Assembly (NCBI GenBank): GCA_020891255.1
Contig: BQFW01000010.1
Coordinates: 1,736,001 to 1,800,000, forward strand
Reading direction: 5' to 3'
Length of the DNA stretch: 64,000 bases
From: Entomortierella parvispora E1425
Lineage: Eukaryota > Fungi > Mortierellomycota
Shown here: piece by piece, positions 1-12,924 of the stretch
Position numbering within the stretch: position 1 is the first letter of the stretch
Layout of the letters: each line of letters begins with the position of its first letter
Position numbers and translations under genes: made by a program
Notes under the pieces: model-generated
Told to the model about the DNA's origin: nothing
What the model saw: the letters and a program-made list of their open reading frames with translations, nothing else
The model's database searches: none

Positions 1-474
1 TAGTGACAATTGATACAAAACAAGGCTCGGTTGTAGTAGGAAACCAGGGAGCGGAGATAGAGACCGTGTTCCAGGAACCAGGGACAGGTCTGCTAATGAT
101 CCGACCATGGGGATCGTCTAATTTAGCTATGGTAATTGCGGGCTTGGATGCTCAAGGATTGGAGATGGCCTCAAGACTCTTTCCTAAACGAACTGGAATT
201 TTGGTGCCTGACTGGAGTAAGGTTTTTTCTTCGCTATTGTTGCTGTTCACATGTCTTTCAAGGTGATATTCCTGCTAACATACAATCGAACAGTCGTCGC
301 AGGTCCGGAGATGCCGTGGAAAGGGGCTGGAGGAGTCTTGGCTGCCGGGTGAGTATATATTGGACTTTGGCGCGCTATGTGCTCATACATTCTGAAGATA
401 TTCTCAACTAACACGGATTTCTCGGTAGATATTGGGGAAACAAGTGGGAGTATCTTCCGTCGATGTCTGCCTGA
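1..474 (+). CDS. 3' end of a conserved fungal secreted protein (probable alpha/beta-hydrolase family, ARB_06907-like); gene starts before the window
   Basis: Splicing GT-AG introns 217-293 and 349-428 gives ...GLEMASRLFPKRTGILVPDW-IVAGPEMPWKGAGGVLAAG-YWGNKWEYLPSMSA* (TGA 472-474). This resembles a conserved fungal C-terminus (RLFPxRTGxxxPD...WKGAxG). Family name is from memory. Confidence 0.55.
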
Positions 475-1193
475 GCGTAAATGGCGCGCACATGTTAATC
501 TCCACCGAGGCCATGTTTATCCAGCTGCTGCAAATAAAGAAGCCAAGGTTGCACCAACGGTTATTTTTGCAATGGGGAGCCGTGGAACTCAAGGAAAAAC
601 AAGCAAAGATGCTCACTCTCCCTTCTGTGCGACCCAAGCAAAGGGAGGCTGGCACACCACCCACCCAACGGACGATGTCAGGGCGTTTGTGTCCGACATT
701 GTGCGCAAATGACTGGAGGGTGGATGGGGGATGACAAGGGGGGGAAAACAGAGGGATGGAGGAACAATAATGATGAAGATAAAGCACGGCACGAGTTCAC
801 CGTTCAAAACTTTTTTCCAGGCCCTTTCCTCTCCCCCTTTCTTTCTCTCTCTCTCTCTCTCTCCTTTCAGGCACAACCTTCTTTCTCCACCTCCCCACAG
901 TCGCGCAGGCCGCACTTCACTAACGAACCCCTCACTTCCTTCATCTCATCTTGGCTGAATCAACAATCTCCATTCCTTCATCTCTTTCTCTCCTTTCATT
1001 CCTCGTTCATCAAGGTAAAATAAAGAAGGGAGACCTTTCGGGGCTCCCCGACGTTAAAATTGACGCGTGAATCGGATTTCGACATAGGGTTTCTTCTCCA
1101 CAGCGGAACAGACCACCTTTCGTCTGCTTCCTGGTCTCATGCTCTCCCTCTCCCTCTCTCCCTCCCCTCTCCTCTCCTCTCCATAGCATCATC

Positions 1194-2132
1194 ATGAAGT
1201 CCTTCCAATCCATCGCCATCCTCGCCACCTTGTCGGGCCTCCAGTTGTTGAGCGGCTCTCAAGCTCAGGCTCCTTACTGGAACGCCGTTTCCAATGCAGT
1301 CTCCTCCTCCGCAGGAGCTGCCCCCTCCTCCCAGCCGGCCACCTCAGCCCCCGCCTCGGCCACCACCACAGGTGGAGTTGTGACCCCAAGCCCAGCTTCT
1401 TTCATCAACACGGCCGGTCTTCGCGTCAACTCTCCCTTTGACGGCATGCAGATCAGCCAGAATGCCTTCTTGACCATCTCGGCTAGCCTGCAAAGCGGTC
1501 AGGCCATTGGTGAGTCTTTTTTCTTTTGTTGCGTGTTTCTTTCTCTGTTGCTCTACAATATTCTTACTAAAGAGTACAAACTAAATTGCCTTCCTTCACC
1601 TTCACCTGCTTTTCTTTTGAATTGTGTTTACCTGGTGAAAAGGCTCTGCCTTGATCACGGTCGCTCAATCCGATGGCTCCCATAACACCACCATCGTCAG
1701 CCTCCCCTCCACCAACACTATGGCCTTGGCCGAGACTTGGAATGTCAATTCCACCCTCTACCCGGTCGGTACCTACTTGGTAAGGACAAAACGATACTTA
1801 CTTTTTCCGTTTCTAGCCTTTGCCCCATGATTATAAATCCCCCCTATGTTGCGACCAATGTCCAACGGGTGCTAAAATATGTGGGATCACCCCCTACTTT
1901 CTGGGCATAGATGAACATGATTGTCACCCCCAACTTGACGACCCCACAGCCTGTGGAGCCCGGTCCCTCCATCTATTACTGGCAAGCTCACATCAAGGTC
2001 CAGGTTCCTCCTTCCCCCGTCGCCCAACCTAACGGGGCCTCGTCTTTCTTGAGCGGCTCAAGCTTCAGCAACACGATGATGGCTACCGTTGCTGCTAGTG
2101 CTCTGGTCCTGGGATCTGCGCTGTTGCTTTAA
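1194..2132 (+). CDS. Secreted Ser/Thr/Ala-rich, probably GPI-anchored cell-surface protein (3 exons)
   Basis: Signal peptide MKSFQSIAILATLSGLQLLSGSQA, a S/T/A/P-rich linker and a hydrophobic C-terminus (VAASALVLGSALLL*). Exons 1194-1509, 1643-1779 and 1911-2132 join in frame through GT-AG introns. Confidence 0.8.
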
Positions 2133-2445
2133 ATGTAGAGTTGTCCTCGATTGGCAGCACATACCATATAATTGCCATATTTACATCATAATAATAACGA
2201 GACCCCCCCCCCCAATGCAGTTCAAAAATCAGCAGAAGAATATTGATGTCTTTTTGTGAAATACGTGTATTTATATGACCTTGACAAAAGCAAGGGGATT
2301 CGTGTCGAGGCGATGGGAAAGGATGGAGAGTAGAGAAGCTAGTGTTTTGGAGGGTGAAGCGTGATGAAGTTTTTTTTCTTTTTTTGGGAGAGTTGTTTGT
2401 TCTAAATGGAAGGGTGGTGGGGAGCAGGGATCATAAAGACAACGC

Positions 2446-4816
<2,371 letters not shown>

Positions 4817-5323
4817 GGTCGGAAATCCACTTGGGATGGATGTGATGGATGGGGGATGGGGATGGAAGGAGAGGAGAGAAGAGAGAAGGGGAGACTGGAG
4901 GCGAAAATAATGCGGGAGTCTCGCTCAGGGCAGTCCTGTGTGTGTTTTGTGTGTGTGTTTTGTGCTGTTTTGTGCGGTGTGCAAATACAGAGGGTCGGTG
5001 GCTGTACACCCTTAAGGCGCGTGTCGACGTCACCCTTTTTTTTTTTTTTTTGGCTTTTTCCGCGTACTCGTTTCTCGCGTCGTACATGTATGTATGTTTT
5101 GTAAAAAAGCGTGACTGACAACATTGGACCATCCATCAGACATCCCACTCACATTCCACTCCCTGCTGCTCTCCATCATATCTGCCTCTGTCTCTCTATT
5201 CTTCTCTATTCTCGTCACCTCACACTCTTATTCTGGCCTAGATTATTAAAGGTAATGTAGCATTGAGACGCTCAAACGCGTCCAATGACGTTTCCGACGA
5301 TTGGTCTCAGCGAGATTGTTGTT

Positions 5324-5645
5324 CCTAGCGTGCCTGAGGGGGTGGAACACCCAGCATTTCTGCTGCGTGTTCATACGGATGTCACCTTTCAGCCACTGTC
5401 CAGAAACCCTCTGCATCTGGTTATGCTCATCGTTGCTCATCTGATGCCCCTCAGGTGCAGGCAGAGAGGGGAACATACCTTTTTTTATTGCTCCTAGCGT
5501 GCTTGAGAGGGTGGAACACGCACAGAAATGCTGCGTGTTCATACGGGTGTCACCTTTCAGCCACGGGCCAGAACCCCTCTGCATCTGGCAATGCTCATTG
5601 TTGCTCATCTGATGCCTCTCAAGTGCTGGCAGGGAGGGGAGCGTT
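5324..5645. repeat. Two tandem ~169-bp copies of a foldback element (candidate structured ncRNA or small DNA element)
   Basis: Copies begin CCTAGC at 5324 and 5493. Each has 12-bp terminal inverted arms (5330-5341/5447-5458 and 5499-5510/5615-5626) and two internal hairpins (GAACAC/GTGTTC, CCAGA/TCTGG). Confidence 0.9.
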
Positions 5646-5735
5646 TTCTATTCAATCCGATATTCAATTCGATATTCTGCCAATGTAAATATATTGGAAC
5701 TTGACAGCTAACAACGTGATAAATATACGACTAGG

Positions 5736-8276
5736 ATGAGGTCGTTCAAAGATTTCATTTACGAAGACACGCATGCGCATGTTTCTTTTGACGCGATGTA
5801 TGCCTGCTACATGGCTTATCTCGGTCGTGAGATTCGAAGTGGAAGGAAGTCAGTCAAGCCCAGGATCGATGAGTGTTACAAGATTTACAAGCACATATAG
5901 GCCCAAGGAACAACGAGTCAAGCGCAGGGTTGTGCCACCAAAATTGTTCGCACCGCCATTGACCAGCATACTCATGGTATGATTCGAATTCCTCAAAAAA
6001 AAAAAAGAAAAAAAAAAGAAAGGGGGACTACTCTAACCACTGTGCTCTGTTTTGACTATAATAGATACAATTAACACGCTGGCCGGAAACGAAGATGGCG
6101 ACTCTGTTCAAACTGTGGTACAATGTAGGCTGCGTCAATGATTATCACATGGTACACCGTTCACTGTGTAGCGATACTGAACATGGAGTCAGCGTCGCCT
6201 TCAATTTTCTTAGCACTCGGTATCTCGAATTCGGCCACGACTGCTGCTTGGACAAGCTCGTCTAACAGAACTACGACCAGCACGACGGCCGGCTCCACTG
6301 ACACAACTCAAACCGGATTCTCCAGCAAAAGATCAGATGAAATCCCTGGCGACGACAATCTTCCCATAGGAAACCGTACATTCCAAGGACATGTCTGGTA
6401 TCAGCACGGTGTTAACAATTAGAATGGTCTCTCACAATCGTATATTTTCTTTATAACATTGGACTTAGGAACTTTCCTAACTTCGCTGGAGAAATCTATG
6501 ACCTTCTCAAGATCGTCCCCCAGTACGTATTCTTAATAAGTTATGAGGAAGCATCTTGGTATCTATAGCCACCAGCACCGCAATAACACCACGTTACATT
6601 AGCCAAAAGGAAGAATGCATTCCAGACCCGACCAGAAGATCATGAAGAAGATGTGACTAAAAAGAAGCCCCACGCGAAGATGACACCAAGAGTTCATGTA
6701 TGATTATTTGATACAACCATCGATGCATCCCAGTCGTCATATGTACCACGAACGGAGCAGTCCACTTGATATGTAGCTCAAGATCAATGTTAACATAATA
6801 CTGATACCCGTCCTTTCCTATGACCAGTCCAAGCCCTCGGCCGCCTCTAGGAAGCCGCTGGCCCAGTCTCATAGCGAGAGCGAGGAGGAAGAGTACGAGG
6901 ACGAAGAGGACATTACTGAAGAGCTCGCCATGGTCGCTAGCTGCACCCCATTTGCTCATTTGGTGTCAATACTCTACTCAAAGGTAAGGTGTGTCATCTA
7001 TGAGTCCGCACGATCAGATACTTTGATGACTTACACCTCAACTCTCTCTGTAGTATGGCTACACGCTTCCTTCAGGACTCGATCCTCATGTCTCTTTCCC
7101 AACGGATACCACAAAATATCTCTACGACTTTGCCAAAAATGCCTTGGACAATTGGCATACCTGCAGCAAGATTGATCAAAAGAACTGTCTGTATGGCGTC
7201 GAATCTGTCTGTTGCGCCCTAATGAGTTCAGTGGCCCATGCTAAATTTTGGTTTCATTCATCTTTTTAGCGTCGCTCTGAGTGGGATTGTTAATTCCATG
7301 GATCCACATTTCTCCACCTCATCCGAGGTGGTGAGCCTGTGCCTTGACAAGAATTTTTTTACTGTGTCCCCGCAGCAGAAGGCGATCTTTCGTCAACTGA
7401 AGCGCAAATTGGGACTTGGAACTATGAAAGAGCTCCGAGCACTACGACGCCACTGTTCGCATCGCCGCAATGAATTGGAGGAGAGTTACGACAATGATGG
7501 TTGGACAACAGACGAAGAAGACGACAAGAAAGAGGAATTCAAAATAATGCAAATGATGGAGTTCATGTACGTAGCCTGATCTGCTTGCTTATCAACCCGT
7601 CAATATTCTATGTCCGCGATGATTAACCTCTCTTTCCTTCTATTTCAATCATAGCTGCGAAGAGATTATCTCGAGGGAGCGTATCTCAAAAACTTCCGAA
7701 CATGAGGATGTCTTTGTGTGGAGAGGTCTGGCCAGAATTCTTTATGAACATGATCTGGTAGTTCGTGTGGGAGAACTTGGATCATCATCAACACGAGAAG
7801 ATAGGACAGTGGTCGAGAAGGAGTTCGGTAAAACTGATTCGAATGTGCGAGGCCGTAAGATTGATATCTTACACCAGCTTTGTGTACAAGGCAGCAACAA
7901 ACCAGTGGAGATGGTGGCCTGAGAGGCCAAATCCGAATCGACTAGAGGAGATGCTCTACAAATTCAATTGAGAAAAAACATAAGGATCAACGCCTCGATC
8001 ATGAATCAGTTGTCGGGGTATATGGAACGGGATTTTCCCCGGTCTTCGCCGATGGTGCTGGACATTGTAGGATCTAGGGCATTGGTCTACATGGTTCGAA
8101 AGATGGAAGCCGGGATATTTGGCGTTGGCGCGGTTGCTGATCAGATGGTTGAGTTGCCCATGAACACGGATGAGATTGCCGGATTTCTCGATGGCGGAAG
8201 TTTGACTGCACTGCTGAGAGTCGGGGTAAGTTTCAAGGGTATATGGTCGAACTTCCAGTTGAAACGTTCATCTTGA
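5736..8276 (+). pseudogene. Decayed multi-exon gene with a C-terminal PD-(D/E)xK-like nuclease domain, of the kind expanded in Mucoromycota
   Basis: The 3' exons read ...VRVGELGSSSTREDR...GRKIDIL...EMVA*EAK...QLRKNIRINA, a D...ExK arrangement. There are in-frame stops at 5898-5900 (TAG) and 7920-7922 (TGA) and apparent frame breaks at 6.1-7.2 kb. GT-AG introns are still recognisable. Confidence 0.6.
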
Positions 8277-8965
8277 AGCTCTGTATTTACTTCTCTTTTT
8301 TTTTTTTTTTTTTGAACAATAGCTGCACAACTCTGACTTTGCCGACATGCTCAAAGAAGGATACCGAAAGGCAAAGAACCGAGAAATTCTACTGAAAATG
8401 ACAGGGGGAGCAAGTACTAGGAAGGAGGGGCCGCCTATCATCTTCACACCTAAAAAGAAGCAGCAGAGGCGGAGCAGCAAGTAATCAGACAATGAGGACC
8501 GACCCGGTGGGAAGGCCCTTTTCAACAATAAAATAAATAAAAAAAGTGGGTAGCTTTCTGAGCTGTTCCTTTCTATCGTCGCTCAATCACCTAGGACAAT
8601 TGTCAGCGAGCAGAAACTAGATTCGGCGAAGGGAACCTCTTCTACCTATTGAAGGGACCATTCCTGGACAGTTGGAAGTAGATAATATTGCTGTCATTGC
8701 TGTGGGAGGGCCAAGTTCAGATATTCTATAATCGACTGATCCTCTCTTGCTGTACGCGACTTGAGCATCCAAGCGTGGCACGGATGTCCAATGTCACCCC
8801 CTTGTCGCCCCTCTCCTCATATGATGCTCCACTCCTAATTTTCCGCATCCTCGGCTTGTTGCCTGAACATTTTTTATCTACTTCCTTCGCATTGCTTCTC
8901 CTATTCTTCTTCCTCTACTTCCTCTACTTCCTATTTAGCCCCTCTTTTCTTAACTTCAGCCAACC

Positions 8966-10724
8966 ATGTCCATTCTCGATACTGCCGCACCCGTTTCTCC
9001 CACAGCGACCTCAGTGAACACTGGGGCCAAGAAGCAGCAACGCATTTATGTCAAAAAGCCAAACCCCGAAGACAAGAAAAGGGCCTTGAACGAGATCGAG
9101 GTCAGAATCGCAGTGCTTCGACCTCAACTGGTAAACAGCCCGAGCAAAAAGAGAGTCCTCTCCCTTTTTTTTTTTTTTTTTCTGACAAACTTTTCTCATG
9201 TTTAGGATGCTGTTCGTGATGCAATTGCATCTATTGGCGACAAGAAAGAGGCGGATGCAAGAGCGCCACTTCGCAAGAAGCTCGCAGAACTGCGAGACCT
9301 TCAAACGACGCAAAAGAAATCCAAGAAAGTAAAGCTGGATGAACTCAGTACCTTGAACGCTTCCTTGAAGAAGAAGGTTCGTGTTGATGGTCTTTCATGA
9401 CTCGAGATACGAGAGAAGATACCCACGTCCCATACTGAGTCTTCTCTTGAAAGTACAGATCGCAAACCTGAAGGCTCTGCAAGACAAGCTGCCTCTGAAA
9501 ACCATGGCTGCCGTTGAATCACAGATTGAGTATGTATCCAAGAACATGGAACAAGGCGAAGGATCTCACACCCCATGTCTCTGACACTGCCTTCGATTGA
9601 ATATCTAGTGCACTCGAGAAGCAAATCCAGGCTGGCAAGCTCAAGTTGGTCGAGGAGAAACGTCTTTTGAGCGAGATCTCGCTCTTGACCCGATCTAAAA
9701 AATCTGTCGAGACTGCTCAAAAGATGCAGACTCAAATCGACGAGGACAAGAAGGCAATTGCTTCTTTGAAGACAGCCTTGGACGACCCAGCCACGAAGGC
9801 TCTCAGTGATGAGTACAGCACAATTCAAGCACAGTTGGATGAGATGACAAGATCAAAGGATGAGGTCTGGAAGAAACGCAATGATCTCTACGGCGAACGC
9901 ACTCGACTCCAAAAGGCCCTCGAGACTGAGTTCCAGCTCAAGAAGTCAGTCAACGATGACTATTTTGCGGCTTTGCGAGAGCACAGCAAGTTCATTCAGG
10001 AGGAGCAAGATCGCAAGCGCGACGAAATCAAGGCAAGAAAGCAGCAAGAGTTGGAAGAGAAGTTGCTGGCCAGAGCAAGAGATGAACGTGAGGATGCAGA
10101 GATTCCTGCCTTTCAAGAAGAAATCACCATCTGCGACAATGTGTACAAGTATTTGCTGCAGTTCAGCAATGACCCCAAGCGCTCCATGGAGACATCCCAG
10201 GCAAATGCCTCCACTGAGGCGCACAGTTCAACTGTGCGCCCCGTGGACACTACCACGAATGTTCCTCGTGGTGTCATGTTGACCAAAAAGGCTGAAAAAG
10301 TCGAAGATGTTTTCTTTGTTGGTGGAAAAACCGGAAAGAAGGTGAAGGGTCCCAAGGAAAAGAAGTCAGAAGTCAGCACGCTCAAGTTCCCTCTTGCCAT
10401 TTTGGAACAACTGGTAACGTCTCTTAAGCCTTGGCGCACTCACATCGTCAGTGGAAGGGATATCTTGTTTCTAACCATTCCTTTGATCTCTAATAGTTGG
10501 AACTAAAGATTGTGGTGCCTACATCTGCTTCTGACCTGCGAAAGACGTTGGATTCTTTGGAGGAAAAGAGCAAGGATCTTAAATCTCGCCAGGCAGAAGC
10601 GACAGCCGAAAACAAGCGCAAGGCGGAAGAACGAATCGCAACGTTGACATTGACTGATGTCGACCAGATTGAGGCAGCGGTCGAGACCACTCAGATCCTG
10701 CCAGAAATCGAGGCTACCGCCTAA
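8966..10724 (+). CDS. BFR1: Bfr1-like coiled-coil mRNP/polysome-associated protein (multi-exon)
   Basis: Spliced exons give ...KKP...LQDKLPLKTMAAVESQIE...LEKQIQAGKLKLVEEKRLLSEIS...EIPAFQEEITICDNVYKYL...FFVGGKTGKK...LKFPLAILEQL..., the motif order of fungal Bfr1. Confidence 0.8.
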
Positions 10725-10986
10725 CTCGCTTTCGATTGCCATGTTCAAATGTCACATGTGCGCATTGGCGCACGCACTGAAACGCAGCTGAAATAAAAAA
10801 AATGGTTTTTGCTCTTTTATCATAAAGAATTCTTATTGTGAAGTTACTTCAAAACGAGAAGGGCCGCAGTCAAGGCTCAAAATGTATAGAGATGAATGCT
10901 GGGTGAGAACCTCCTCATGCTCCCTTCTCTTGAACTTCCTTCCTCAAGGTGATATGCCTTGAGAGTGTGATCTCGCCTCCATACAA

Positions 10987-12068
10987 TTAGGCCTTCAGAC
11001 GGTTGGCGATCTCCTGCTTGCGGGATTCGACATGAGCACGCTCTTCATCTCTGTTGGCATCGTAAGCAAGGACGTTGGCTTGGTTGAAGGGGTTCTCGGG
11101 CGACTTCTGGAATTGCTTGTAAAGCATATCCTGCATCTGGTTCTGTCTCAATCCTGGGTGCTCCTTCTTCAAGATGGGCATTTCACGCTCCACATAGGCA
11201 GCAAAAGCAGCCTAAAAGTACCAATTGAGAGAGAAGGGTGCAAACGACAATGTTAATAAGTCGACCTGGTACACAAAGAGAAAGGGTTGGTGGATCAAGG
11301 AGTGATTGAAGGCGCAGTTACCTTGAAGCGACGCTCAGGATGACGGTCAACATCCTTTCCTTTGCCAGTGGTGATGGGCCCAGAATCGCCCGATCCCTTT
11401 CCAGTGAGAGACAACAGGTCGAGGGCATCGTCCAAGTTCGAAGCAGAGAACTCCTCCACAACCTTGACCTCGTTTCCAAAAGCCTCAGCCTTGGCAGTCT
11501 TCTTGATGGCCTTTTTCTGCAGGCGACGTTCGAAAAAAAAATGATGTCAGACATACCTGAAGATACAATAGCAGAGCCTTTAACAAGTTTCTTCCTTATC
11601 AGATCGAAAACTTACCTCCTCTCCCTTGATGGGCTTCAAGGGCTTGCTCTTGATGCTCTTCTCCTCCTCCTCCAAGGCACGCTGAGCCTCCTTCTTCTTG
11701 GCCAACTGCTCTTGCTGATCATATAAACGAACGAAAGAGATACAAAAGCCAGTGCATCAGAACGAGTCGTACAATAGGTTACAGCACAAAGACAACATGG
11801 AACTTACTCTCTTTTGCTCCTCAGCTTCCTTCTTGTTGGCCTTGGCACCCTTGGACCAGTCTGCAGACTCTGCGGCCTCAGTCTCCTGTGCCTTCTTTGC
11901 GTTCTTTACGTTCTGGGCAGCAGCCTTGCGTTCGTTTGCAGCTGCGACTACGAGATTGTAAAGAGATTAGAGAAATGATATTAAAGTCAGTTGTCCATTC
12001 AATGATGAGAATGAGAATCAAGAGAAAGGTGGAGTAGTACCCTTGCTGTTTTCCTTGCGGGGAGCCAT
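10987..12068 (-). CDS. CCDC124: CCDC124/Lso2/Oxs1-family (DUF1014) protein (multi-exon)
   Basis: MAPRKENSK...ESADWSKGAK...ASNLDDALDLL...DRHPERRFKAAFAAYVEREMPILKKEHPGLRQNQMQDMLYKQFQKSPENPFNQ is the family signature. Confidence 0.87.
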
Positions 12069-12924
12069 TGTGTGTATAGTATAGATGTAGGTTAGGTAAT
12101 GATTCTGGGGAGTGCGTGGAAAAGAGAGAAAAGAGTGCTCGATGCAATTGATCAAAAAGTGATCTTGGCTCGCGCTGCTCTCAAAGCCACCACACCAACT
12201 GCGCCCATGTTCGACTGAATGTAGATTGAGGGCCTCGAAAGGAAGTGTTTATTTTTGCTGTGTTTGCAACCAGACTGGACTCCGCAATGGAGAGAATCGG
12301 GACTAGGGATTGTAGGGTACGTTCATTCTCGCACCAATGGCATGGGTCCTCCCGCGTAGTCATGCGGCTGTAGACTGTCGCGGTTGGGCCAAGGGAGAGA
12401 GAATAACACGGCAGGGAGAAACTGCTGGTAACCCGGTCTTGTTTTCTAAAAAAAACACCCAGCTCTCATTTCTGGGATAGACATCGTTGCTCTTTGCTCG
12501 ACTTATACGTAGTCATGAAAACGATATTCATGGGTACACCTGAAGGAGCATGGTGAAGAAGGAAGGAAGGGATGGAGAGAGGAGGAAAGAATAAAAAAGA
12601 GTTGGCGAGAGTGCAGACGAGCACCACGGCAACGCGCAGTTCAATCAGTGCCTGATGTTGATCGTGTAAAGGTTTATTATCAGTCTATGTCGGCAGAGTC
12701 CCGACTCGGTCATCTGCAGTAAAGAGGAAGGGGTAATCCTGCGACGATGGGCATCAATGCACGAAAGGAAGGGATGTCAAGGAAGGGAGGGACAAGGGTG
12801 ATGAATGGCGAGAAGACAAGTCGACTCGGTGCGACTTAAGGGTCTGAGACTGAATTTTTTCTGTCGAGCTATTTGAGGCTGCAGACCGCAAGCCTGGAAA
12901 AACCCTCTTCAACTTCTAATCAAA

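Noticed and set aside
5263-5309. TGAGAC...CCAAT...ATTGG-TCTCA hairpin just before the foldback pair, considered as an H/ACA 5' hairpin
   Set aside because: No ANANNA hinge follows it. It is equally explained by inverted CCAAT boxes and a TGACGT site in the ATP2 upstream region.
5330-5626. TPP riboswitch, hammerhead, glycine riboswitch or group II domain V identity for the foldback elements
   Set aside because: Only partial words match (ATACGG, ATCTGG-xAATG, CAGATGAG, CTTTCAG, CCGTATG). The required cores are missing: CTGAGA with a paired P5, CTGANGA plus GAAA, GGAGA/CCGAAG, and CACGTACGG.
7920-7922. In-frame TGA as selenocysteine or programmed readthrough
   Set aside because: The same gene has a TAG and frame breaks upstream, Trp (TGG) fits the motif, and no SECIS-like element is evident. 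Ordinary decay is simpler.
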